The translations under genes and the position numbers were made by a program. From Eubacteriales bacterium (GTDB taxonomy: Bacteria; Bacillota; Clostridia; Oscillospirales; Butyricicoccaceae): 64,000 nt of DNA. Positions 1 through 8,438 of the stretch are shown here, piece after piece (the first letter of the stretch is position 1; every line of letters starts with the position of its first letter). The notes beneath the pieces are model-generated. The model was not told the DNA's origin. It worked only from the letters and a program-made list of their open reading frames with translations, and searched no databases. Location of the stretch: positions 8,276 to 72,275 of the forward strand of contig JAUNWG010000002.1 in NCBI GenBank assembly GCA_030540435.1, given 5' to 3'.

Positions 1-276
1 CAGTGCAACCTCGACATTCATATGGATGTCTTCATATTCCGGATTGAACACATCCAGCTCGCCGTTATCGACCTCTTCGAGTATCTCCTTCAATCCAGCG
101 ACGATCTTCTCCGCCTCATGCTCCTCAATAATGCCCTGTCTGCCCAGCATTGTGGCATGTGCAATCGAGCCTGTGATATCCTCGCGGTACAGGCGTCCGT
201 CAAACTGGATCGAGGAGTTAAAGTCGTTGACTACGTCATTGGTTTCCTTCTGGAAACGTCCTGCCCAAAGCTTCAT
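1..276 (-). CDS. argH: argininosuccinate lyase, N-terminal 92 codons (gene runs off the left edge)
   Basis: Reverse translation from ATG 276-274 gives MKLWAGRFQKETNDVVNDFNSSIQFDGRLYREDITGSIAHATMLGRQGII, the conserved ArgH N-terminus. It lies directly downstream of argG on the same strand. Confidence 0.85.
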   Translation of the reverse strand, partial: MKLWAGRFQKETNDVVNDFNSSIQFDGRLYREDITGSIAHATMLGRQGIIEEHEAEKIVAGLKEILEEVDNGELDVFNPEYEDIHMNVEVAL

Positions 277-419
277 GGGGAATTTCTCCTTTTTTCCGGC
301 AGATTTTGTGCCGGTGATTCGTAATTTATGCGGTAATTTCTACAGTATGCAATACGCTTGAAAAACGCACAATGGGCGGGCGCTCACGCCCGCCCGATTG
401 CATCAATCGTGTCGATTCA

Positions 420-1679
420 TTATTCAACCGTCGGGAACGACAGGCCCTGTGTCTTCTGCAGCGCTGCGTCGTTCATTGCGCGCACCTTCAGCGGCAGGCC
501 ATACAGGTTGATAAAGCCTTCGGAATCCGCATGGTTATATGCCTCGTCCGCATCGAACGTAGCCATTGCCTCAGAGTGCAGGCTGTACGGGGAGGTTACG
601 GATGCCGGGATGATGTTGCCCTTGTACAGCTTCAGCTTGACATCGCCGGTAACCGTCTTCTGTGTCTCATCGACAAATGCGCTCATTGCCTTGCGCAGCG
701 GGGTGTACCACTGGCCGTTGTATACCAGCTCGCCGAACTTCATTGCCAGCTGTGCCTTGTAGTGTGCAGTCTCACGGTCGAGGGTGATCTCCTCCAGCTT
801 CTTGTGCGCTGCATACATGATCGCGCCGCCCGGAGTCTCATATACGCCGCGGCTCTTCATGCCGACCAGACGGTTTTCTACAACGTCCAGCAGGCCGATG
901 CCGTTTGCGCCGCCCAGCTCGTTGAGCTTGGTGAGCAGTGCGACGGATTCCATCTCTTCGCCGTCGACAGCGGTCGGAACGCCCTGCTCGAAGTGGATGG
1001 TGACATAGGTCGGCTTATCCGGCGCAGCTTCCGGAGAAACGCCCATCTCAAGGATCTCATCATACTTCGGCTCGTTTGCCGGGTCCTCCAGATCCAGACC
1101 CTCATGGGACAGATGCCAGATGTTCTTATCCTTGGAGTAATTGGTCTCGCGGTTGATCTTCAGCGGGATATTGTGCGCCTCTGCGTAATCAATTTCCTTG
1201 TCACGGCTGTCCAGATCCCAGAAACGCCACGGAGCCAGTACCTGCATCTCCGGTGCAAACGCCTTGATCGCCAGCTCGAAACGAACCTGGTCGTTGCCCT
1301 TGCCGGTGCAGCCATGTACGATGGTGTCGCAGCCCTCTGCCTTTGCGATCTTGACCAGTTCCTTGGCGATGATCGGGCGTGCAAAGGAGGTGCCCAGCAG
1401 GTAGCCTTCGTAATCTGCGCCCGCCTTCATGGTCGGGATGATGTAATCATCGACAAATTCCTTTGTCAGATCCATGACGTACAGCTTGGAAGCGCCAGTC
1501 TTGAGTGCCTTCTCCTCCAGACCGTCCAGCTCGCCTGCTTGACCGACGTTGCCGGAGATTGCGATGACCTCGCAGCCGTAGTTTTCCTTCAGCCACGGGA
1601 TGAGGACGGAAGTATCCAGACCGCCGGAATATGCGAGTGCGGCCTTCTTGATTTTGATATCACTGGTAGCAATAGACAT
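420..1679 (-). CDS. argG: argininosuccinate synthase
   Basis: 419-aa ORF starting [32 protein letters not shown] (ATP-binding AYSGGLDTS motif). GGAGG RBS lies upstream of ATG 1679. Confidence 0.97.
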   Translation of the reverse strand: MSIATSDIKIKKAALAYSGGLDTSVLIPWLKENYGCEVIAISGNVGQAGELDGLEEKALKTGASKLYVMDLTKEFVDDYIIPTMKAGADYEGYLLGTSFARPIIAKELVKIAKAEGCDTIVHGCTGKGNDQVRFELAIKAFAPEMQVLAPWRFWDLDSRDKEIDYAEAHNIPLKINRETNYSKDKNIWHLSHEGLDLEDPANEPKYDEILEMGVSPEAAPDKPTYVTIHFEQGVPTAVDGEEMESVALLTKLNELGGANGIGLLDVVENRLVGMKSRGVYETPGGAIMYAAHKKLEEITLDRETAHYKAQLAMKFGELVYNGQWYTPLRKAMSAFVDETQKTVTGDVKLKLYKGNIIPASVTSPYSLHSEAMATFDADEAYNHADSEGFINLYGLPLKVRAMNDAALQKTQGLSFPTVE

Positions 1680-1776
1680 TTTCTATAATCCTCCACTCTA
1701 AAGGGCGGTTTGTTTTGTATAAACCGTGAAATCAGTCATTTCACGCCACATTCGCCCGGTTTTTTGTCATGCCCCT

Positions 1777-1805
1777 ATTATAAGCCCACGATGTCAGGAA
1801 TGCAA
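1777..1805 (-). promoter_or_regulatory. putative sigma-A promoter of argGH
   Basis: On the minus strand, TTGCAT (1805-1800), a 17-nt spacer and TATAAT (1782-1777), about 95 nt upstream of the argG start. Confidence 0.45.
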
Positions 1806-1958
1806 GAAAAACTTTTAAATATTTTGATAAATGTATATTTATGCATTCAGTCTATTACTCTTGCGCCGTGTGCGCACGGACATCCGCCCCGCTGTTCCGG
1901 ACTTTGCCCATTTTCTGCCAAAATAATGAGAAAATCGGACATTTTTTCGCGTAATCGC

Positions 1959-1987
1959 TTGCAAATTCCCTGTTTTTGCCCTATGAT
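1959..1987 (+). promoter_or_regulatory. putative promoter of the lipoprotein gene
   Basis: TTGCAA (1959-1964), 17-nt spacer, TATGAT (1982-1987). Confidence 0.4.
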
Positions 1988-2106
1988 AATCATGATACGT
2001 GGAATGATAATTTATAAGGTATGCCCGGGCAGGTATCTGCCGGTTCCCCCTTACAGGGCTTATGCATCCCCTGTATACAATCCATATGAATAAAAAGGAG
2101 TCTGCC

Positions 2107-2637
2107 ATGAAACGCTTTCTTTGTGTCCTGCTGTCCGCTGTGCTGATGCTGGGTATGCTCGCCGGCTGCGGCGGCAAAAAAAATGATACAGACGATCCCG
2201 CCACAGAACCGGCTGCTTCTGCGCCGCTGGAGGTGCAGGAAGACGATACCATGCATATGAATATGCTGTTCTCCATGATGGGTACACCGGATAACGGCGT
2301 GACCGAGCTGCTGGGTGACGGCAACCATCAGAAGTACCGCGCGGACGGTTCCCTGCTCCAGCGTGAATACGACGGTGTGGTCTATGGCAGGGATATCGTC
2401 TTTTCGGTATCGTATGATGAATACGGCGATGTCGATGAGATCGATGTGGATTTTGACGATTCCGTCAGCGAGGATCAGCTGGCAGAGGAAATTTCCACGC
2501 TGACCGGACGCGAACGGGACAGCGAAGGGAAATGGACTGCAGAAACCGCTGTTGTTTCCCTCACGGATACAGCCGACGGCATCTGCGTTACCTTGACACA
2601 GTTTTCCGCAGAGTCGGAGGACGATGTGGAGTATTGA
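2107..2637 (+). CDS. lipoprotein of unknown function
   Basis: AAAAGGAG RBS then ATG 2107. N-terminus MKRFLCVLLSAVLMLGMLAGCGG carries a lipobox (LAGC). The rest is an acidic mature domain. The longer tracked ORF (from 2062) lacks an RBS. Confidence 0.75.
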   Translation: MKRFLCVLLSAVLMLGMLAGCGGKKNDTDDPATEPAASAPLEVQEDDTMHMNMLFSMMGTPDNGVTELLGDGNHQKYRADGSLLQREYDGVVYGRDIVFSVSYDEYGDVDEIDVDFDDSVSEDQLAEEISTLTGRERDSEGKWTAETAVVSLTDTADGICVTLTQFSAESEDDVEY

Positions 2638-2662
2638 CGTTCCATTTTTTCTCTGATATCAT
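2634..2662 (+). promoter_or_regulatory. putative promoter of the 27-codon ORF
   Basis: TTGACG (2634-2639), 17-nt spacer, TATCAT (2657-2662). It overlaps the stop codon of the lipoprotein gene. Confidence 0.4.
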
Positions 2663-2750
2663 AATAACTGTCCTTTACTGGACGGAAAGAGCATTGCATT
2701 ACATAAACGGTAGGCGGTTTTGCTACATCTCCGGAAAGGAGGTGGTGTGT

Positions 2751-2834
2751 ATGCCAGTTACACTGACATTTCACATTCTCAAATGGACAATTACCATTCG
2801 AGTAAAAAGCAGCAACCGCCACTCGGCAAAGTGA
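2751..2834 (+). CDS. 27-aa mini-protein MPVTLTFHILKWTITIRVKSSNRHSAK (candidate type I toxin-like peptide)
   Basis: AAAGGAGGTGG (2735-2745) lies 5 nt before ATG 2751. The ORF is in frame with the tail of tracked ORF 2532..2834. Its 3' end sits inside a 12-bp hairpin that is the terminator of a convergent sRNA. Confidence 0.35.
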   Translation: MPVTLTFHILKWTITIRVKSSNRHSAK

Positions 2835-2898
2835 CGGTTGCAAAATAAACTGTAACTAATTGTTGAGCCAAACCGCTTATCGGCAATGCTCTTTTTCT
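2803..2898 (-). ncRNA. candidate ~95-nt cis-antisense sRNA overlapping the 3' end of the mini-ORF
   Basis: Starts about 7 nt downstream of a perfect consensus promoter and has no ORF. Ends at hairpin 2841-2812 (GCAACCGTCACT / AGTGGCGGTTGC, one mismatch), followed on the minus strand by TGCTTTTTA. Confidence 0.45.
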
Positions 2899-2904
2899 AG
2901 TTTT

Positions 2905-2933
2905 ATTATACCGACTGCCCGCAGCTTTGTCAA
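2905..2933 (-). promoter_or_regulatory. consensus sigma-A promoter (TTGACA-17-TATAAT)
   Basis: Forward tgtcaa 2928-2933 and attata 2905-2910 are separated by exactly 17 nt. On the minus strand this reads TTGACA-N17-TATAAT. Confidence 0.6.
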
Positions 2934-3151
2934 GGAAGGCAGCGGACTGTTTGCGGTACATCACCTTGGAACACCTGACAAAAATACAAAAACTTCTTAT
3001 AAAAAAACAATAAAATTGCACAATTCTCTCTGGCATCTGCTGGGAAGTCATGGTATACTATATATGGTTCTACAGTTTTATGATCCGCTGTAGACGGCAT
3101 CATGTGGGAAAACAAGAAAATTATATTATTTATTAAAAAGGTGGAATTGCA

Positions 3152-4489
3152 ATGGAACTGAAAATGACAGGTCTTACCTCTTTCCTGAACGAAGAGGAAA
3201 TCAAGTATATGAATCCGCTGGTAAATACAGCGAATCAGATGCTGCTGGAAAAATCCGGTCAGGGAAATGATTTCCTCGGCTGGGTCAATCTTCCGGTTGA
3301 TTATGACAAGGAAGAATTTGCACGCATTCAGGCTGCTGCCAAGAAGATCCAGAAGGACTCTGACGTTCTGGTTGTCATCGGTATCGGCGGCTCCTATCTG
3401 GGCGCACGCGCTGCAATCGAATTTGTAAACGGTCAGATGTACAATGCAGTCCGCGAGGAAGGCATCCCGGAGGTTTACTTCGTCGGCAACAACATCAGCT
3501 CTGCACAGGTAAACGATATCATCAAGATCATCGGCGACCGCGATTTCTCTGTGAACGTCATTTCCAAGTCTGGCAGAACGACCGAGCCGGCAATCGGTTT
3601 CCGCATCTTTAAGGCACTGTGTGAAAAGAAATACGGTAAGGAAGGCGCAAAGGACCGCATCTATGCAACCACCGATAAGGCACGCGGCGCACTCAAGGAA
3701 CTGGCTACCGCAGAAGGCTATGAGACTTTCGTTGTACCGGATGATGTAGGCGGCCGTTTCTCTGTTCTGTCCGCTGTTGGCCTGCTGCCGATCGCTGCTG
3801 CCGGCATCGACATTGAAGCAATGATGAAGGGTGCTGCTGATGCACGCGAGGCATTCCAGGATGGCACCACCTCGGATAATGACTGCTTCCGCTATGCAGC
3901 GATCCGCAATATCCTGTACCGCAAGGGCAAGACGACTGAGATCCTCGTCAACTATGATCCGTCCCTTGTGATGTTTGGCGAGTGGTATAAGCAGTTGTAC
4001 GCTGAATCCGAAGGCAAGGACCTGAAGGGCATCTTCCCGGTATCCGCTGCATTCTCCACCGACCTGCATTCCATCGGTCAGTTTATCCAGGACGGCACCC
4101 GCAACCTGTTCGAGACTGTCGTATGGGTCAAGGAGCAGCGCTCCGATATCACCATCGAGGAAGCAGAGGGCGATCTGGACGGCCTGAATTATCTGGCTGG
4201 CAAGACCATGCAGTTTGTCAACTCCAAGGCATATGCAGGCACCCTGCTGGCACACGTTGACGGCGGTGCACCGAATGTCCTGATCGAGGTCGAAAAGGCT
4301 GATGCATATAACTTCGGTTATCTGGTATACTTCTTCGAGAAGGCATGTGGCCTGAGTGGTTATCTGCTGGGCGTTAACCCGTTCAACCAGCCGGGCGTTG
4401 AGAGCTACAAGAAGAACATGTTCGCTCTGCTTGGCAAGCCGGGCTTCGAGGAAGAAAAGAAGATTCTGGAAGCTAGAATGGAAGGCTGA
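3152..4489 (+). CDS. pgi: glucose-6-phosphate isomerase
   Basis: 445 aa of the Firmicute-type Pgi family ([33 protein letters not shown]). AAGGTGGA RBS. Confidence 0.97.
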   Translation: MELKMTGLTSFLNEEEIKYMNPLVNTANQMLLEKSGQGNDFLGWVNLPVDYDKEEFARIQAAAKKIQKDSDVLVVIGIGGSYLGARAAIEFVNGQMYNAVREEGIPEVYFVGNNISSAQVNDIIKIIGDRDFSVNVISKSGRTTEPAIGFRIFKALCEKKYGKEGAKDRIYATTDKARGALKELATAEGYETFVVPDDVGGRFSVLSAVGLLPIAAAGIDIEAMMKGAADAREAFQDGTTSDNDCFRYAAIRNILYRKGKTTEILVNYDPSLVMFGEWYKQLYAESEGKDLKGIFPVSAAFSTDLHSIGQFIQDGTRNLFETVVWVKEQRSDITIEEAEGDLDGLNYLAGKTMQFVNSKAYAGTLLAHVDGGAPNVLIEVEKADAYNFGYLVYFFEKACGLSGYLLGVNPFNQPGVESYKKNMFALLGKPGFEEEKKILEARMEG

Positions 4490-4510
4490 TTGGTCAGCTG
4501 AAAATAACAA

Positions 4511-4545
4511 GTCCCGCCGGGAAACCCGGCGGGACTTTAATAAAT
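4511..4545 (+). terminator. rho-independent terminator of pgi
   Basis: GTCCCGCCGGG / CCCGGCGGGAC 11-bp stem followed by a T-rich tail. Confidence 0.7.
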
Positions 4546-4557
4546 CTTTGGTTTTGG

Positions 4558-4587
4558 AACAGGCAGCCGCACGGTTGCCTGTTTTTT
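4558..4587 (+). terminator. second tandem terminator
   Basis: AACAGGCA / TGCCTGTT stem followed by TTTTTT. Confidence 0.6.
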
Positions 4588-4597
4588 GCGTATATAC

Positions 4598-4785
4598 CAC
4601 TCGCGCGGGAGCGCGTAAGGCCCCTTTTGAAAGGGGCTGTCAGCGAAGCTGACTGAGGATTGTTTCCGACTAAGTGTCTCGCCGCAGAGTTAATTCAGTG
4701 CCGCTTAGCGTGCTACAATCCTCAGTCTGCCCTTCGGGCAGCCAGCTCCTTTCAAAAGGAGCCTAAGGGCATAGCTATAAATCCG
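4598..4785. repeat. family-A composite palindromic intergenic repeat, copy 1 (unit U1 4617-4697 then inverted unit U2 4715-4783)
   Basis: Shares long near-identical blocks with 5112-5280: CCTTTTGAAAGG-type palindromes, GAGGATTGTTTCCGACTARGTG..TCGCCGCAGAG.TAATTCA, and AGCTCCTTTCAAAAGGAGCCTAAGGGCA.TAGCT.TAAATC. Confidence 0.85.
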
Positions 4786-4806
4786 GCATATCGCGGCAGA
4801 ACAAAT

Positions 4807-5019
4807 TTAGATTCGTTTTCCAGTTTCCCTATCCGTAAACACCGCTTCATAGTCATAATTTAATATATCAGCGATTTCCTTCAAGTCCTTTTCTGAAAAA
4901 TTATCCCGCGTCATTTTACCACTCATTGTTGAAACCGTTTTATTCAACCGCTTCGCTAACTCTGTGAGTGTCATTTCGCGTTCTACCAAAAGCATTTTTA
5001 TTTTCTTTGCAGCAGACAA
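4807..5019 (-). CDS. XRE-family helix-turn-helix protein (70 aa)
   Basis: LSAAKKIKMLLVEREMTLTELAKRLNKTVSTMSGKMTRDNF. TTG start 5 nt after GAGGTGA. Paralogue of 5276..5488. Confidence 0.8.
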   Translation of the reverse strand: MSAAKKIKMLLVEREMTLTELAKRLNKTVSTMSGKMTRDNFSEKDLKEIADILNYDYEAVFTDRETGKRI

Positions 5020-5111
5020 GATATCACCTCATTTTTGTGATAGCGTTTCCTATTCTTTTGCGCTTCGCGGAATGTAAGCGTTTCAGATTTGGCTTATTCT
5101 ATACCACCTAG

Positions 5112-5280
5112 AAAACAATCCTCAGTCAGCTTCGCTGACAGCTCCTTTCAAAAGGAGCCTAAGGGCAATAGCTGTAAATCTGACGCACCAAAGCCTCCTT
5201 TTGAAAGGAGGTGGCGCGGCGCTTGCGCCGTGACGGAGGATTGTTTCCGACTAGGTGATTCGCCGCAGAGCTAATTCAAA
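5112..5280. repeat. family-A composite palindromic repeat, copy 2 (U2 5114-5180 then U1 5190-5278)
   Basis: Contains the same blocks as copy 1 but with the unit order swapped. The terminal TAATTCA contains the stop codon of the XRE gene at 5276. Confidence 0.85.
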
Positions 5281-5488
5281 TTTGTTTCCCAGTATCTCTA
5301 AATGTAAAAATACCATCGTAATCGCAGTTTAATGCGTCAGCTATCATCCTTAACTCCGTTTCCGTCATCTTATCACGAGCGAGCTTATTATAAAGATACG
5401 ATCCTTCATATCCTAATTTGTCACTCAATTCTTTAATTGTCATATTTCGTTCAATCAAAATCGTCTTAATTTTTTTGGTCATGCTCAT
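5276..5488 (-). CDS. XRE-family helix-turn-helix protein (70 aa)
   Basis: MSMTKKIKTILIERNMTIKELSDKLGYEGSYLYNKLARDKMTE. GGGAGGAAAA RBS. Confidence 0.85.
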   Translation of the reverse strand: MSMTKKIKTILIERNMTIKELSDKLGYEGSYLYNKLARDKMTETELRMIADALNCDYDGIFTFRDTGKQI

Positions 5489-5508
5489 CGCTATTTTCCT
5501 CCCTATAT

Positions 5509-5652
5509 AGAGTAATTGTACCCTAAAAAATAGAAAAACTCAAATATTAAAACAATTTTACTCTTATACGAGATAAATTACTCTTGACGTATTACTCAAA
5601 TAAGAGTAATATATTTCATATATGATTATTTTTCTTCTTTTTAGAGTAAATC
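5509..5652. promoter_or_regulatory. divergent promoter / operator region with six TTACTC/GAGTAA sites
   Basis: Sites at 5510-15, 5558-63, 5578-83, 5592-97, 5604-09 and 5644-49. Plus-strand promoter: TTGACG (5584-89), 17 nt, TAATAT (5607-12). The perfect palindrome ATTACTC-N6-GAGTAAT (5591-5610) fills its spacer. Minus-strand promoter: TTGAGT (5543-38), 17 nt, TACAAT (5520-15), abutting site 5510-15. Confidence 0.6.
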
Positions 5653-5707
5653 AAGACATGTAAATTTTTTATAAACACATTTTCTTCTGTAAAGGAGTTG
5701 AACACGC

Positions 5708-6040
5708 ATGGAAACAAAGCAAGAGTTCCACCGCCGCCCGGAAAGCTATTATTCAGCAATGAAGCAGCGGCTCAATCTTCAATCGATCGGTTCGTTTATT
5801 CGAGAGGAAGGCATCAAAACCGAAATCAGCAGGGACAGCTTTGAACTCAGAGAAAAAAACGCATTTTCAAAGCTGGAAACATGGCTGACCGAAACATACG
5901 GCAAAGAAGAAACAGATTCTATCATCGACTATATCCTTGACTACATGTGTGTGGTACAAGAAATCTATTTTAATTTGGGGATGAAAGCCGGAACGACCTT
6001 GTTTTGCAAGTTGACAGATAACTTTGAAACCGATATCTAA
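5708..6040 (+). CDS. hypothetical 110-aa protein (low-GC accessory gene)
   Basis: AAAGGAG RBS. METKQEFHRRPESYY...VQEIYFNLGMKAGTTLFCKL. No family recognised with confidence. Confidence 0.6.
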   Translation: METKQEFHRRPESYYSAMKQRLNLQSIGSFIREEGIKTEISRDSFELREKNAFSKLETWLTETYGKEETDSIIDYILDYMCVVQEIYFNLGMKAGTTLFCKLTDNFETDI

Positions 6041-6144
6041 TTGCCCCATTCAATAACGAAAAAAGTAGAGGTATATCCGCAGACATGCCTCTACTGTACA
6101 TTTCCTCATCCTGCACACGGTTTGCCGCGCACAGGGCTTTTATT

Positions 6145-7878
6145 TCACATCAGCGGCTGCACCGCAATCTGTGCGGTATCTGGCAGTATATCCTCTGATG
6201 TTGTTTCTTCCAACGTGACAAACACGGTATGCTCCAGCGCTTCCTCCGCAATGCCCGCGCAGCTGTCCACCATACGGTCTAAGCCATATAAGATATTGGC
6301 AAAGTCAGCTGTCAAGGATGCATCGCATTCACCCTCCTTGACACGTGCCAGATGCGCTTTTTGAAAACGCTTCTGTGCCTTGCGCATCTTCTTCCGGTTC
6401 TGAAGCATCTTTTGCGCCAGCTCTGTGTCATTGTTCCGCACAGCCTGCATAGCACTTTGCAGCATATGGATTGCAATAACATAGCATTTCTCCAAATCCC
6501 TGTATGCCGTGCCGGAGAGGTTTTTATCGGAGCTTTGCAGCGCTCTGACCTGCTGTGTGACTTCCTCACTGCGGTCTGCAATGCGGTCGATGCTGTTTGC
6601 AATATAGAGCAGCCCGGCCGTCTGTTCTGACTGTGATTCTGTGAGTACACCACGTGCAAACAGCTTGGTGATATACGTTGTAATGCTGTTTTGCAGCCGC
6701 TTTACCGTTTCATGCAGTTCATCAAAGCCGCCAGCCCCACTCTCCTTCCCGCTGAGCACTTCCTTTGCGGAAACAAGCATGGATTCAGCAAAGTCTGCAC
6801 AGCGGTTGATCTCCTGTGAGATCACATACATTGCCGCTACCGGCTGGTCGATGATCTTATTATCCAAAAACTGCGGCTGGAATGCTTCGCGTTCTCTGGT
6901 ATCCTCGCCGCGGACGAGCGTCGTTACGATCTTTACCATCAGCGGGATGAGCGGCAGCCAAATCAGTGTACATACAACATTGAATGTCGTGTGCGCATTT
7001 GCAATCTGGCGTGCAATCACGTCGACCTCATTGCCGCTCGGAGAGATAAAGGTGATGAACGCCGCAAACGGCTTAAGCAGGAAAGCAAATACGATGCTGC
7101 CTGTGATATTAAAGATACTATGGGAAAGCGCCGTGCGCTTTGCACTCTTGGACTGTCCGATCGATGCCAGCAATGCGGTGATCGTCGTGCCGATGTTATC
7201 GCCCAGCAGGATCGGGATCGCACCAGTCAGACCCATGACGCTGGTCACGCCATCCGGCCCCGCCTGCGACGCAAAGTTCTGCAGCACCGCAATAGTCGCC
7301 GAGCTGCTCTGTACAACGAGCGTCATGACCGCGCCCAGCACGATACCCAGTGCCGGGATCTCCGATACCTTACCCATCAGGTCGATAAAGACCGGGCTGC
7401 TCGCCAGCGGCTTCATCACGCTGCCCATGATCTCGATACCTTCAAACAGCAGGCCGAACGAGAGGATAACCATACCGATGTTCTTAACCCGTTCCTTCTT
7501 GCCGACAAAATAAATCATAAAGCCGATAAAGATGATCGGGTAGATATAATCGGTGATTTTAAACGCCATCAGCTGTGCCGTCATCGTCGTACCGATATTG
7601 GCGCCGAAAATAACGGAAATGGCCTGCGGCAGTGTCATCAGGCCTGCGCTGACAAAGCCAATTACCATAACGGTCGTCGCTGAACTGCTCTGCAAAACCG
7701 CTGTTACCAGCGCACCTGCCAAAGCACCCATAATTGGATTTTTCGTGAGAAATCCAAGGATTTTTTTCATCTTTTCGCCTGCAGCCTTCTGCAGCGCGTC
7801 ACTCATGCTGTTCATACCGAACAGGAACATAGCCAGGCCGCCAATAAGTCCGAAGACTGTCATTACCGCTTCATTCAT
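6145..7878 (-). CDS. Na/Pi cotransporter family protein with C-terminal PhoU-like domain
   Basis: MNEAVMTVFGLIGGLAMFLFGMNSMSDALQKAAGEKMKKIL...QSSSATT (the motif occurs twice). Start chosen at ATG 7878, which follows AGGAGGA. The tracked ORF extends to 7992 without an RBS. Confidence 0.9.
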   Translation of the reverse strand: MNEAVMTVFGLIGGLAMFLFGMNSMSDALQKAAGEKMKKILGFLTKNPIMGALAGALVTAVLQSSSATTVMVIGFVSAGLMTLPQAISVIFGANIGTTMTAQLMAFKITDYIYPIIFIGFMIYFVGKKERVKNIGMVILSFGLLFEGIEIMGSVMKPLASSPVFIDLMGKVSEIPALGIVLGAVMTLVVQSSSATIAVLQNFASQAGPDGVTSVMGLTGAIPILLGDNIGTTITALLASIGQSKSAKRTALSHSIFNITGSIVFAFLLKPFAAFITFISPSGNEVDVIARQIANAHTTFNVVCTLIWLPLIPLMVKIVTTLVRGEDTREREAFQPQFLDNKIIDQPVAAMYVISQEINRCADFAESMLVSAKEVLSGKESGAGGFDELHETVKRLQNSITTYITKLFARGVLTESQSEQTAGLLYIANSIDRIADRSEEVTQQVRALQSSDKNLSGTAYRDLEKCYVIAIHMLQSAMQAVRNNDTELAQKMLQNRKKMRKAQKRFQKAHLARVKEGECDASLTADFANILYGLDRMVDSCAGIAEEALEHTVFVTLEETTSEDILPDTAQIAVQPLM

Positions 7879-7992
7879 TATTTTCCTCCTGCATTTACAA
7901 CCATTCATATCATTATCTTTTCCCATTTTATCGATGTAATGTAAAGTCTGAAACCATATAATCGTAAAATCTGCGTAAAACAATTTTTGCAC

Positions 7993-8039
7993 AAAAAAAG
8001 CCGCGCAGCCAGCAGCATTTCTGCTCTGGTCTGCGCGGT
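7993..8039 (-). terminator. terminator downstream of ptsH copy 1
   Basis: On the minus strand, ACCGCGCAG...CTGCGCGG hairpin followed by CTTTTTTT. Confidence 0.65.
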
Positions 8040-8056
8040 AAATACCGGATGTAAAA

Positions 8057-8314
8057 TTACAGGTTCGCCTTCAGGAATTCCTGCAGTCCTGCTGCAGCCT
8101 CAGCCTCCTGCTCACCGTCGCACTCAATGGTGATCGTCTCGCCACCCTTAATGCCAAGACCCATCAGTCCGAACATTTTGCGGGCATCTGCACGCTTATT
8201 TTCCTTGACAACCGTTGTAGTGCACGCATACTTCTTTGCTTCCTTGACAAACATACCTGCTGGACGTGCATGGAAGCCTTCCGGATCTGTTACAGTAAAT
8301 ACAAAGCTCTGCAT
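8057..8314 (-). CDS. ptsH: HPr-family phosphocarrier protein (copy 1)
   Basis: 85 aa. His15 motif GFHARPAG is present. Position 46 is Lys (ADARKMFGLMGLG). Confidence 0.93.
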   Translation of the reverse strand: MQSFVFTVTDPEGFHARPAGMFVKEAKKYACTTTVVKENKRADARKMFGLMGLGIKGGETITIECDGEQEAEAAAGLQEFLKANL

Positions 8315-8349
8315 ATAATCAATCTCCTTTGCTTTTCTAATGTATTCTC

Positions 8350-8378
8350 AGTATAGCATTTTTTCGTCAAAGTGTCCA
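8350..8378 (-). promoter_or_regulatory. putative promoter of ptsH copy 1
   Basis: On the minus strand, TGGACA, 17-nt spacer, TATACT, preceded by TGc (extended -10). Confidence 0.45.
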
Positions 8379-8438
8379 TTCTATTCTATAACTTTTTCCA
8401 ATTTTTTCACAACATGACCACATATGCACAAAAAGTTA

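Noticed and set aside
1832-1845. ARG-box-like palindrome TGTAT-ATTT-ATGCA upstream of the argG promoter.
   Set aside because: It has two mismatches in the ten core positions and lies about 30 bp upstream of the predicted -35 rather than overlapping the promoter. It cannot be supported without a position-weight-matrix scan or comparative data.
5073-5085. cre-like site TGTAAGCGTTTCA upstream of the XRE gene at 4807-5019.
   Set aside because: The left half fits the CcpA consensus, but the right half is shifted or shortened (CGTTTCA rather than CGCTTACA). It is a single occurrence with no supporting context, and the HPr copies here lack Ser46.
4598-6040. Prophage remnant or mobile element, because of the XRE genes, low GC and repeats.
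   Set aside because: There is no integrase, transposase, recombinase or phage structural gene, and no recognisable att-type direct repeats at the borders. I describe it only as an accessory island.
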